A stretch of 64,000 nucleotides of DNA from Azolla caroliniana (Eukaryota > Plantae > Polypodiophyta), in the NCBI GenBank assembly GCA_043228905.1, contig JBHGNT010000013.1:1612001-1676000 (forward strand), given 5' to 3'. Under the pieces are notes generated by a model, which ran no database searches, was not told the origin of the DNA, and saw only the letters and a program-made list of their open reading frames with translations. Shown here piece by piece: positions 1 through 11,956 of this stretch; the stretch's first letter is position 1, and each line of letters opens with the position of its first letter. The position numbers and the translations under genes were made by a program.

Positions 1-98
1 CGCTCCACTGATGCCGCTATCTCCGACATCGCACGTTGTTCTTGTAGCATGCGCTTGAACATCATCATCATGTTGCTAGCCTCCGGTTGATTTTCCAT
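1..98 (-). CDS. gag: N-terminus of gag of Gypsy element A1 (runs off the left edge)
   Basis: ATG at 98, about 17 nt downstream of the PBS; reads MENQPEASNMMMMFKRMLQEQRAMSEIAASVE. Same position as gag starts in elements E, I and J. Confidence 0.6.
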   Translation of the reverse strand, partial: MENQPEASNMMMMFKRMLQEQRAMSEIAASVE

Positions 99-114
99 CT
101 CCTTGCCACCCGTT

Positions 115-132
115 TTCACGTCGGGTTCACCA
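115..132 (-). promoter_or_regulatory. Primer-binding site, tRNA-Trp (element A1)
   Basis: TGGTGAACCCGACGTGAA, 4 nt from the LTR end; complementary to the 3' end of plant cytosolic tRNA-Trp (...TTCACGTCGGGTTCACCA, recalled from memory). Same PBS at 22838-22855, 38128-38145, 41582-41599, 43174-43191 and 54750-54767. Confidence 0.85.
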
Positions 133-136
133 ACTG

Positions 137-840
137 TGTCGTGCCCTTCGGCTCCGGATCGTTGCGTGAGTCGGGTGGGAACCACCGAGGTTTTGGACTA
201 GGAGGAAGAGGAATACAACTTAAGGCTAGTTATGAATAATAGGAAGAGAAGTAAGATAGTAACCTCGTGAATCCCACGAGTTTAGTGTAATTAAAACAAT
301 ATTTAGATTATTAGAGCAATTAGATGGCAAAATTCGTGAATCCCACGAATCTATTAGATTGATCAATTCTTCTATATTAATCAACAACCTTATACATATT
401 TCTCTCCTCCTTATATAAAGATGGAAGAGGCTAAGCATGGCTTCATGCTTTTTCACCTAAAGTGTCCATGCACACTAAATGTGCATGTGATGCTTTGTCA
501 TTTCCTAAATATAGGGCTCATGCACGCTAGACGTGCATGAGTCACTTTTAATGGCACGTGTAAATAAAATATTCACACTCTAAAGAATACATGATTTTTA
601 CCTTTTAATAAAGGTATGTGTAAATAAAGGTCTTATACATATTAAATCTACATTTATAACACTAAAGATAAGTTATTACAATGGTAAAGTTGGGGTTTAT
701 CTATGTGGAGGTGCATGGTTTGAATCCTGCCCTATTGATGTGATAAATTCTTTTGATATATTATTTATTTATTTATATGTATCTAAAATTGGATATATTA
801 TTTTATGGTTTTCACGTAGTGTGTGGAATACACTACGACA
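137..840 (-). mobile_element. 5' LTR of Gypsy element A1 (family A), inserted into LTR B1
   Basis: TGTCGTG...TACGACA termini; PBS adjacent; highly similar to 58883-59585; LTR-B sequence resumes at 841 (ACGA). Confidence 0.9.
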
Positions 841-2931
841 ACGACAATATTACTTCCCAACCCCTTCCCGAGCAAGGGTTTGTTGCCCCTTTTGTGGGAC
901 TGGTGGCTTTCGTTGATCATGACTCGTCGAGTTTTCGAGATCACCGCACGAGCCGAGTGATCAAACGGGTACAAGCAAAGATGAGCATGCAAGATGAACA
1001 CACAAGGGGACGATAACACAAACACGAATGCTTGTACGTCTTTATGAGGAGGAGATGTGCATGGGCATGTCCGAACGCTCCCTCATCACAAGACGTCGAA
1101 CGTACAATGAAAGGGACGATAACAGAAACACAAATGCCCGTACGTCTTTATGAGGAGGAGAGGTGCATGGGCACGCCCGAATGCTCCCTTGTCACAAGAC
1201 GGCTGAACGTACAAGGAAGACACAAAACACACGCACAAATGCTCGTACGCCTTTATGAGGAGGAGAGGTGCATGGGCAATCCCGAATGCTCCCTCGTCAC
1301 AAGACGACCGAACGTACAAGGAAGACACAAACACACACACAAATGCTCGTACGTCTTTATGAGGAGGAGAGGTGCATGGGCATGCCCGAAACGCTCCCTC
1401 GTCACAAGACGCCCGAACGTACAAGGAAGACACAAACACATGCACAAATGCTCGTATGCCTTTATGAGGAGGAGAGGTGCATGGGCACGCCTGAAACACT
1501 CCCTCGTCACAAGACAACCGAACGCACAAGGGGACGATAACACAAACACAAATGCCCGTACGTCTTTATGAGGAGGAGAGGTGCATGGGCACGCCCGAAT
1601 GCTCCCTCGTCACAAGACGGCTGAACGTACAAGGAAGACACAAAACACACGCACAAATGCTCGTAAGCCTTTATGAGGAGGAGAGGTGCATGGGCAAGCC
1701 CGAATGCTCCCTCGTCACAAGACGACCGAACGTACAAGGAAGACACAAACACACACACAAATGCTCGTACGTCTTTATGAGGAGGAGAGGTGCATGGGCA
1801 CGCCCGAAACGCTCCCTCGTCACAAGACGCCCGAACGTATAAGGAAGACACACACACACACAAATGCTCGTACTCCTTTATGAGGAGGAGAGGTGCATGG
1901 GCACGCTCGAAACGCTCCCTCGTCACAAGATGTCGGAATATACAAGGAAGACACAAAACACACACACAAATGCTCGTACGCCTTTATGAGGAGGAGAGGT
2001 GTATGGGCACGCCGGAAACACTCCCTCATCACAAGACGTCTGAACGTACAAGGAAGACACAAATACACGTACAAAATGCTCATGCACTATGCCCAAAACG
2101 CTCCCTCGTCACAAGACGGCTGAACATTCAAGTGGACGAGAACAAAGAAAGAAAGAAAGAAAACACGAATGATATTGGCTAAAGAAATAAATATGTGTTT
2201 GATTCCAATGCAAGAGGGCCCTTTATAAAATAGGGTTTGATTATAATGTGGCAACTTCTAGTTAACCACAAGCTCAACAAAACATAAATACTGAATGCCC
2301 TTAGAGACAAAAGCAAATCCGAACATGGAGCACGAACACGAAGAAGATGAGCACATGAGCACCGTAAACGAGCACTTCGAGTGCCAACCGGAAGAAGACG
2401 AGCACGTGGCGATGAGGGGATGAAGGGGTATGAGATGAAGAGAAATGGTGAAGATGAAGATGAAGAGCTCCGAAAGAAAAATGGCGATAGTCTCCTCCTC
2501 CCAAAAAGTCCTCTCCAAATGAGCCCCCCCCTCGACCCCCTTTTATAGGAAAAAAAGGAAGGGGGGTCGCCACATTCGTCTTCAATGCAAAAGGAATAAA
2601 ATTCCTCAAATCACGCTACATTGTAAGACCATATTTGAACCATGCACCTCTAGCGAGGAATCAATATTTCTATCCACTAGCGCATTAACTCTCTATTATA
2701 TAATATATAGTTCTATATCTAGAAATTTATAGCCTGTCTCCTCTCTACTTTTTATCTCTCATCTCTCATACTTTTTACACGAGTTTCTATACCTCCTTTC
2801 CACACTTTCTTTTCCCTTTTCTTTTGCATGTGCACAATTAATTGCGTTTGCATGCACACACATTGTACATGCACATTTTGACCCCCCCTTTCGCTGGTTT
2901 TTCCCTCACTCGAGCACACCACATCACGACA
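841..2931 (-). mobile_element. LTR B1 (5' or solo LTR of family B, interrupted by A1)
   Basis: Colinear with LTR 8498-10716; ends CATCACGACA at 2931; no PPT next to it; flank CCAT. Confidence 0.88.
1022..2130. repeat. ~105-bp tandem array (10 units plus a partial) inside LTR B1
   Basis: TTTATGAGGAGGAGA recurs at about 1041, 1147, 1252, 1356, 1461, 1565, 1670, 1774, 1877 and 1983. Confidence 0.95.
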
Positions 2932-3739
2932 CCATTAGACCATCTGTGCCTCGACATGTTCTTGGGCCATCCGTTCCGCAATGGTCACCTGGAGGCGAGT
3001 GAGAAAGCCGATGAGCTCATATGCTGTGCCATGTTGTAAGATTGCACCGAGCTTGTAGGACTCGGGCATGTCCTTGAGGGTCAACACTTCTTCCACCAAG
3101 ATGCGAGACGCTTGTCCCTTCTCTGTATTCTCTGTCAAGGACATGGCTTTGTCTAGGATGACAATGTCAGTCTTATCGGGAGCGATGACCAATTGGAGCT
3201 TTTCGGCCGAGGAGTCCCTTTGCTCTTTGCTGTGTCATTGCAGCTTGCGACGTTTCTTGGTAGGGCTTGTCTGGGAGGACGTTTTCGTTGCATCCACTGG
3301 TTCTTCTCGGAGCCATTTCGGCCGCTCCACGGATGACTACGTGTTGTTGTTCATGCTTATCTGAGTTTCTTTCCGACGGTCCTATCATAGGCTGGCTGAT
3401 TTGAGCTTAGGCATTTCCATCGGAGTAGATGTCTTGGGATTTTCACGCCCCCTAATGGTGATGTTGTCTTCTGGTTCCTAGGTCTTGGCAATGGTGGTCG
3501 GTAGTGGCGAGGTTACTGTTTGGATAGGCGTATCATCTTGCCATTCCTCCTGAGCAACTGTAAAGCTCGTTGATGTTTCGCCCGGGTGGGCGGGGCAGGG
3601 AGGGTGAGGGTTCGGCGGGGTGTGGTAGTGGAATGGGGAGGGTAGAGCACAAATAAGTAGTGTGCTAGAGCAGGCAAGAACCATTTTCCTGCCTGGAAAG
3701 CCGACAAGCCAGCACGAATGCCTTCCCCTGTGATGATTC

Positions 3740-4019
3740 TGACGTGAAATACGTGGATTAATCTCCAGCCACAACCGAAGCGTAGATCACTTGATGACAA
3801 TAAAAAAAAACACAAACGAAATGGGAATGGAGGTAAGTCGACAAAATAGAAAGAGAATACACAGGATATTAACGTGGAAAACCCTGAGAGGGAAAAACCA
3901 CAGGAGTCCACAGACTCCAAACTATCACTCTATAAAGAATACAACATGGAGCACAGAGGCAACGACCTATTGCTCACAATCTTCGCCTAGCAGCAGTTAC
4001 AACAGAGACATGCTCTATA

Positions 4020-4055
<36 letters not shown>

Positions 4056-4443
4056 CAGTCGTTACACCAAAATTACTCTATCATCATCACTATTAAGTTT
4101 GCCCTAGGTCATATTTATACTAATATGACTTTCGGGCTATTTACAAATATAGCCCCAGTGGGCTCTCTAGAACATATTTACATATATGTCCCTTCCATCC
4201 GATGAGATGTTCTCACCGGGCCTGCAACATCCGGTTCTCACCGGGTCTTCCTTGCCGGGTACTCGTCATCCGGTTCTCACCGGGTCTTCCGTTGCCGGGT
4301 GGTACTCCACATCCGGTTCTCACCGGGTCTTCCGTTGTCGGGTACTCCACATCCGGATTCGGCTGAGGCCTATCGGCCTCGGCTGAGTTGCTCATCAACA
4401 CTGTTCTTCTCACTTCCCATCCGGAGGGACCTGTTTCCTAACA
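3740..4443 (-). mobile_element. Solo LTR, Copia (D-related)
   Basis: TG...CA ends; perfect 5-bp TSD GATTC (3735-3739 / 4444-4448); shares TTAACGTGGAAAACCCT..GGAAAAACCAC and CATATTTATAC..TATGACTTT blocks with D LTRs. Confidence 0.88.
4205..4360. repeat. ~40-bp tandem repeats (3-4 units) in the solo LTR
   Basis: CATCCGGTTCTCACCGGGTCTTCC recurs. Confidence 0.85.
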
Positions 4444-4678
4444 GATTCCCCAATCGATTACACCGCCTCTGTAGGTGGTGATGATGATTCCTACCGTCTT
4501 CTTCGGCATGCTATATGTGTTAGCATGCACACATACGAACTCCAAAAGAAATTTGGCTAGATCACCAAAGAACTCATTAGGACCTCCTTGTGTAAGATAG
4601 GCCTGTATTGACACCAATACTCTCTGAAATGAGCTTCGAGGATGTTCTGAGGTGGAGTCTCTATGTCATGTTCCCCGC

Positions 4679-7600
4679 TGTTGGGAATTCGGTCCCTCCA
4701 GATGGGTTTCTGATGAGACGGATCAGACACGCCGAAGGAAGGAACCAGACCAGACGGATCCGGTTCAAGGACATATCTGTAAATATATTTCTAGTGTGCT
4801 TGTCATGGCTATATTTGTAAATAGTCCTAAAGTCATATAGGTAAAAATATGACTTAGGGCAATCACTTTGTATTTGTAGGTTGTTATTATCATGTGTGTA
4901 GAGATATTGTTGTATAGATACAGAGAGTGCGTGAGAGAGAGAGGTAGAGATACAGAAAGTATTTTTTGTTGTAACCGCTGGTTGGCGAAGGCATAGAGCT
5001 CGAGGTTGTTGCCTCTGAATCTTGCATTGTAACCCCTTCTTCTCATAGCGATAGTTGGAGTTTGTGGTCTCATGTGGTTTTTCCCTATTAGGGTTTTCCA
5101 CTTAAACATCTTGTGTCGTCTCTTCTGTGTAAATGTATTAATCTCCATCTCTGTTTTGTTCTTCCATTGAGCTAGTAAGACTCGGTTGTGGCCAAGCTCC
5201 ATTCCCGCACAAACTGGTATCAAAGCCAAGGTTCGAAACCTTGAAGAAAATGGAAGAGTCATTCGGAAGCATGTTCAAACTCACCGGCTCCAACTACCTA
5301 GTGTGGAAGTCGAAGATGAGGGACATGCTCGTGGTCAAAGATCTTTGGCTGCTGGTACAATTCGGGGTCAAGAAACTGGACAAGATCGATGCCACGACAT
5401 GGGAGGTCATGCATATGAAGAAGGAGACATACATTAGATGCTTCATCGACATGAACCTATACAATAACTTTAATAAAGAAAGTAAGGCTCTGTGCCCTGG
5501 GAGAAAATCGGTACCATGTTGGAGAGTAAAAACGTTGTAAATCGGGTTTCGGTATTTTGGAAGTTAGTGAGACTCCGGTACCAGGACGGATCCAACATGA
5601 CAGAGCACATGAATGCATTCCAGGGGTTCATAAATCAAACAACCTCGCTGGAAGTACCTCTAGCCAACGAGGTACTCGCTTGCTACTGCTCGGTTCCCTC
5701 CCGGATAGTTGGGAGACACTAGTTGTCACTTTGGGCAACGCCGGGCCAGAAGGAAAATAGTTGTCCCTAGCAAGGGTAAATTCGCTAGAAGAACCGGGAG
5801 TCCGGAACCGATCCGAAGGCCTTGGTCACGGAAGATGACTATAACAGGGGAAGAGGCCGCAATCGGAGTCCCCAAAACCGAGACAAATCGGGGCTGAGGT
5901 CGAAGTCAAGAGGGAGGCCCACTTGCTTTTATTACGGAAAGTTGGGGCACTTCCAGAAGAATTGCCGACACTTCCGAAAAACCAAAGGGGGAGTTGGCAT
6001 TCCGGAACCGAAGAAGATTTCGGAAAAGAGAGGAACGTCGGCGATTGCGACAAGTGAAGAAGAACTGCTGCTAATCACCGAGGAGAGTGAGCTGCATCTT
6101 GTCAATGACGAAACGACATGGGTGGTTGACTCCGGCATATTGTTCCATCTGACCCCCGACCAAAAATGCTTCTTATCGTATAGAGCTGGAGATCATGGTT
6201 CAATTCAGATGGGAAATGAAGGTGCATGCCAAATTGTTGGCATAGGAGACATGTGGTTGATGACGTCAACTGGGTGCAGGTTGTTGTTGAGAGATGTCTG
6301 ACATGTTCCGGAGGTTCAGTTAAACCTAATATCAGCCGATAGGCTAGATGATGAAGGCTACACGGGTAGCATCCGGAATGGAGTCATGAAGTTTGGCAAA
6401 GGAAGCCTGATTGTGGCCCGTGTTACCCGTAAGAATATACGGGGAGGCATAAGGGTATGTGTAATGATGTGGTTGATGTGTATGTGTAAAGTAAATGAGT
6501 GTGTGAGGATGAGTATGTGTATGGACACATGCACAATTATGTGCATGTGTACAAGAATGTGTAACGGTCTTATTTATAACGGTCATGTAACCGTTACATT
6601 AGATGTAAACCCTCTATGGGGTATGAAATGAAATATACATTTTTCCCCTCTCATTTTGTGTCACTTTCAATTTTTCTTTCTCTCTAGCTCTCTCACTATC
6701 GTAACCCCCTTGGGAGGGGGGTGAAGCCATTCTAGGTTTCACGCCCCACCCCAACAACAACCCGAGCCCGGAAGATCAACACACAGTACCTGATGCATGC
6801 CCGGATTTGCTGGGAGGAAGTGAACGTGGCATCTGAAAATGCTGGTGAGCTGTGGCACAAAAGGTGTGCCACATGAGCCAGAAAGGGATGAGATGAATTG
6901 CCGAAGATTTCCTCATTCCGAAGGTGAAAGATGTGCATCTTGAGAGGTGCACCGATTGCTTGGCTGGCAAGTAGAACCGAACCTCATTCCGGTCGAGACC
7001 ACCGTCGAGACGGAATGCACCGCTGGAACTTGTGCATGCCGACGTATGCCAAGTGGACACGAAGTCACATGCCGGATCACAGTATTTCGTGACGTTCATA
7101 GAAGACCACAACTGGAAGCTCTAAGTCTCACCACTGAAGACGAAGGATCAGGTATTGTCCGTCTTCAAGGACTTCCACGTGAGAGTGGAAAGGGAAACCG
7201 ATAGGAAGTTAAAGGCGGTTCGAGCGGACAACGAAGGAGAATACCAGGGGCAGTTCGAGGAGTACTGTCAGTCTAAGGGAATCCGGTTTGAATTCACCGT
7301 GCCGAAGTCACCGGAGCTAAACGGATTGGCCGAAAGGATGAACGGGACCATAATGGAGAGAATCCGGAGCATGTTGGCACATGCTAAACTGTCCAAGACG
7401 ATTTGGGCTGAGGCGCTAATGACGACGATGTACGTGATTAACGGATCACCCTCAGTACCCTTGGACGGAGACACACCACATAGTATGGACCGGTAAAGAT
7501 GTGTCTTACCGGCATTTGAAGGTGTTCGGCTGCCTTGCCTACGTGCATGTTGCAAAGGAAAAGTGAGCAAAGTTCGATCCGAAGTCCCAACCATGCATAT

Positions 7601-8497
7601 TCCTTGGATATAGCAATGATGAGTTCGGGTACCGAGTGTGGGACATGGTCGACAAGAAGGTGTTCCGGAGTCGAGACATAGTTTTCATGGAAGACAAGAC
7701 TATTGCCGACAGGGAGTCGAAGAAGAAGATAGTGGACTCCAGATCGATCGACAGAGATCGGTTGGAACATGCTAGGAAACATCCGGTTGGAAGCCAGATG
7801 TCAACCAAAGACCATAATGAACCGGACGGATTCAGACAAAGAATGGGACTGACCGAAGAAGAATCAGACACCGGAACCGGTCAAGACCCTAAATTGGATT
7901 TGGATGAAGAACAGATGGAGGAATTGGTGATTGAGAACCAAGGACGAAGATATCCTCTTAGGGAGAGAAGAGCCCCCCAAAGATTTCTGGATACAGAGCA
8001 TGTGCTGCTGATCGACGAGGGGGAGCCAGAAAGCTTTGAAGAAGCAAAGGAAGACACCCGCAACCGCAAGGAACCACAGGACGAGATGGATTCCCTGCAT
8101 GAGAACCACACATATGGATTGATGGAGCTACCGAAAGGAAAGAGAGCACTCAAGAACAAGTGGGTGTACAAGATAAAACCGGGAGACACCGAAAATCCAC
8201 CGAGGTACAAAGCCCAGAACAAGTGGGTTTCAACAGAAGGAAGGAATGGATATCGATGAGATCTTTGCCTCGGTAATCAAGATGACATCCATTCGAACTG
8301 TGTTGAGCATTGCAACAAGCATGGACCTCGAGGTAGAGCACCTAGACATCAAGATGGCATTCCTACATGGCGACCTCGAAGACGAGATCTACAAGCAACA
8401 ACTAAAGGGATTTGTCAAGAAAGGGAAGGAGCACCTGGTATGCCGGTTGAAGAAGAGCTTATACGGACTGAAGCAAGCTTCCCGACAATGGTACTGG
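4679..8497 (+). mobile_element. Decayed Ty1/Copia element D3 (5' LTR 4679-5211, gag-PR-INT-RT pseudo-ORF), cut by Gypsy B2
   Basis: TGTTGGG...GCACA LTR; PBS TGGTATCAAAGC (tRNA-Met-i) at 5215; fragments of the zinc knuckle, WVVDSG, NGLAERMN and LKKSLYGLKQ with many stops and frameshifts; paralogous to D1. Confidence 0.9.
6421..6759. mobile_element. Short solo LTR (339 bp) inserted in D3
   Basis: TGTTAC...CAACA ends; 5-bp TSD GCCCG/ACCCG; removal restores IVARARKIN. Confidence 0.8.
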
Positions 8498-10716
8498 TGT
8501 CGCAAGTTTCGCACGTGTGTGTTACTTGGCGGGACCATGGGGGTCATGGACTAGGGAGCACGAAGGGATAGAGAAGACCCGAGGCTTGCTTTATGACAAT
8601 ACTACTTCCCGATCCCTTCTTGAGCAAGGGCTCGTTGCCCCTTTTGTGGGACCGGTGGCTTTCGTTGATCACGCTCTTCGAGTTTTCGAGATCACCGCAC
8701 GAGCCAAGTGATCAAATGGGTACAAGCAAAGATGAGCATGTCGGATGAACGCACAAGGGGACGATAACACAAACACAAATGCCCGTACGTCTTTATGAGG
8801 AGGAGAGGTGCATGGGCACGCCCAAATGCTCCCTTGTCACAAGACGGCTGAACGTACAAGGAAGACACAAAACACACGCACAAATGCTCGTAAGCCTTTA
8901 TGAGGAGGAGAGGTGCATGGGCAAGCCCGGATGCTCCCTCGTCACAAGACGACCGAACGTACAAGGAAGACACAAACACACACACAAATGCTCGTACGTC
9001 TTTATGAGGAGGAGAGGTGCATGGGCACGCTCGAAACACTCCCTCGTCACAAGACGCCCGAACGTATAAGGAAGACACACACACACACAAATGCTCGTAC
9101 TCCTTTATGAGGAGGAGAGGTGCATGGGCACGCCCGAAACGCTCCCTCGTCACAAGACAGCCGAATGTACAAAGAAGACAAAAAACACACACACAAATGC
9201 TCGTACGCCTTTATGAGGAGGAGAGGTGCATGGGCACGCCCGAAACGCTCCCTTGTCACAAGACGACAGAATGTACAAGGAAGACACAAACACACACACA
9301 AAATGCTAGCACACCTTTATGAGGAGGAGAGGTGCATGGGCACGCCCAAAACGCTCCCTCGTCACAAGACGACCGAATGTACAAGGAAGACACAAACACA
9401 CGCGGAAATGCTCGTACGCCTTTATGAGGAGGAGAGGTGCATGTGCACACTCGAAATGCTCCCTCGTCATAAGACGACCGAACGTACGAGGAAGACACAA
9501 AAACACGCACAAAATGCACGTACGCCTTTATGAGGAGAAGAGGTACATGGGCACGCCCGAAACGCTCCCTTGTCACAAGACGGCCGAACGTACGAGGAAG
9601 ACACAAACACACACACAAAATATTCGTACGCCTTTATGAGGAGGAGAGGTGCATGGGCACGCTGGAAACGCTCCCTCGTCACAAGACGACCGAACGTACA
9701 AGGAAGACACAAACACATGCACAAATGCTCGTACGTCCTTATAAGGAGGAGAGTTGCATGGGCATGCCTGAAACACTCCCTCGTCACAAGACGGCCGAAC
9801 GTACAAGGAGACGAGAACAAAGAAAGAAAGGAAGAAAAAATACAAATGATACTGGCTAAAGAAATAAAGATGTGTTCGATTCCAACGCAAGAGGGCCCTT
9901 TATAAAATAGTGTTTGATTACAATGTGGCAACTTTTAGTTAACCACAAGCTCAACAAAAGATAAATACTAAATGCCCTTAGAGACAAAAGCAAATCCGAA
10001 CACGGACCACAAACACGACAAAGACGAACACATGAGCACCACATAAATGCCGACCCCTACGAACCACAACCACCCGAACGAGCACACGTGCTCGCAACGA
10101 CGAACGGGGGTGAACCAATGTCGAACTCATGAAGCTCGGGCTCACGAGCACTGTAAACGAGCACTTCGAATGTCAACGCGAAGAAGACGAGCACGTGGCG
10201 ATGAGGGGATGAAGGGGTATAAGATGAAGAGAAAATAGTGAAGAAGATGATGAAGAGCTCCGAAGGAAAAATGGGGATAGTCTCCTCCTCCCAAAACGTC
10301 CCCGAAGATGAGTCCCCCTCGACCTCCTTTTATAGGAAAAAAAGGAAGGGGGTTACTTATTTTGTCTTCAATGAAAAAGGAATAAAATTCCTTAAATCAT
10401 GCTATTGTAAGACTAGATTTGAACCAAGCACCACTAGCTAGAAGTCAATGCAACTATCCACTAGTCCATTAACTATATCTTATATAATACATAATTCTAT
10501 ATCTACAAATTCATAGCCTGTTTCCCCTCTACTTTTTATCTCTCCTCTCTCTTACTTTTTACACGAGCTTCTATACCCCCTTTCCACCCTTTCTTTTCCC
10601 TTTTCTTTTGCATGTGCACAATTAATTGCGTTTGTGTGCACACACATTGCACATGCACATTTTGACCCCCCCCTTTCGTCAATTTTTCCCACTCTCGAGC
10701 ACGCCACATCACGACA
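8498..10716 (-). mobile_element. 3' LTR (2.2 kb) of Gypsy element B2
   Basis: TGTCGC...CACGACA ends; PPT GGTGGGGGTGGA abuts at 10717-10728 on the minus strand; left flank CTGG where intact Copia has CCGG. Confidence 0.92.
8770..9812. repeat. ~105-bp tandem array (10 units) inside LTR B2
   Basis: Same unit as 1022-2130. Confidence 0.95.
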
Positions 10717-11956
10717 TCCACCCCCACCAAATTCGTCAAGGTCATCGAGGTTTGGCTCCATGTCGTGTCGCTTTTTGAAGTTTTTGACCCGTTTGCTTGC
10801 TATTGGTACTGCCAGCTTAGTCCCATCGAGTTCAGCGAGGTGGTAGGTGGCATTATCGTTTGCACTCGTTACTACGTACGGCCTAAACCATCTCTTTGCG
10901 AATTTCCTCATCGAGCTATGTTGATTGTCGAGATTGCTATCATACATAATCACCCAATCTCCTTCTTCGATCTTCCGAGGGCGTAGTCGGTGTGTATTGT
11001 CGAACCGGGCTTTGTTACTGAGCCTAACTGCTTCTAACCTCTCCTTTGCCAACTCCAAGTCTTCGGGTCTTCTCTCAAGTTGCCTTATCCTTGTTGCTAG
11101 AAGCTCTTCTCGACTCATCTCGTTTTCCCATGGCATCGCTACCCATGACGCGATCGTGTCTTGAATGGGCATCACCGGCTTTTGTCCGTACATGAGTTCA
11201 GCTAGCATGAAACTTGTAACTGAGCTATGAGTTGTTCTGTCGGCCCACAAGGCATAAGGTAGTAATCGAGGCCAGTTCCCGACTCGCCCATCACAAGCTC
11301 TTACAATGACTTTTACGATAGGCCCGTATCTGTGTTCTATCTTTCCATTAATCTATGGGGTATAGGTGGTCATGAGAGAGAGCTTCACTCCAAGTCGTTC
11401 AAAGAGCTCTGTAGCTTCGTGAGTCTTCAACTCTCCTCTGTCGGCCACTATCTTTCCCACACATCTGTACCGGCAGATGACATCCTCGAGTAAGAATTTA
11501 CACACCCCCGCCGTCGTTTTGTTTGCTAAGGCTCACCCTTCTACTTGGTTGGTTAGTTCTTCTCTTGCTAGCACCAAATATTTCATTTGGCCCACTCCCA
11601 CTCCCATCGGCATCGAAACCAAATTCACCATCCATTTGAAGTGTATGGTGAGTGGGTAGGTCAGGTGCAACTCATCCCTATGGCGTATGTTTGAGTGTAC
11701 ATTCCCCACGAAATGGGTGACATTCTTGTACATTCCCGGCCACCAATACTTCTCCTTTAACTTCTCGAATGTTGCCCACATTCCTCTATGGTCCGCCCAA
11801 GGACTCTCGTGGAACTTAGACACCGATGTTGTCTGGTCCTCTTCCTTTATGACCACTCGTTGTGGCGTTCCCGTCCTTCTCTTTGGGTGCCTCTAGAGGA
11901 ATCCCCCTCATAGGAAGTACTTGTACGCTTTCTTTCGGACTCTTTGTGCTTCCTCC

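Larger units (their letters stand above)
2932..4678 (-). pseudogene. Relic K: decayed accessory ORF homologous to the 3' extra ORF of element C, split by a solo LTR
   Basis: Minus-strand translation ..NEFFGDLAKFLLEFVCVHANTYSMPKKTVGIIITTYRGGVIDWGI|ITGEGIRAGLSAFQAGK..HYLFVLYPP..LQHGTAYELIGFL matches 53100-52250 (NPFFREVAKFLLEVGCVHVNAYGMPKQKAGVMIETFEGHAIDWVVITGSALRKGLYTYQAGK..QYLTILFPP..YGTTYELMEFL). Confidence 0.8.

Noticed and set aside
1022-2130. Hammerhead ribozyme (retrozyme) in the 105-bp unit (CTTTATGAG...CGAAAC)
   Set aside because: The core is CTTTATGA rather than CTGANGA, GAAA is absent in many units, and stems II and III do not pair convincingly.
8770-9812. CRISPR-like array or repeat-protein gene
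   Set aside because: No unique spacers; unit lengths of 103-106 bp break frame; the ORFs are repeat artefacts inside an LTR.
841-10716. B1 and B2 as the two LTRs of one element
   Set aside because: Neither inner boundary has a PBS or PPT, B2 has its PPT on the outer (right) side, and the DNA between them is unrelated nested sequence.
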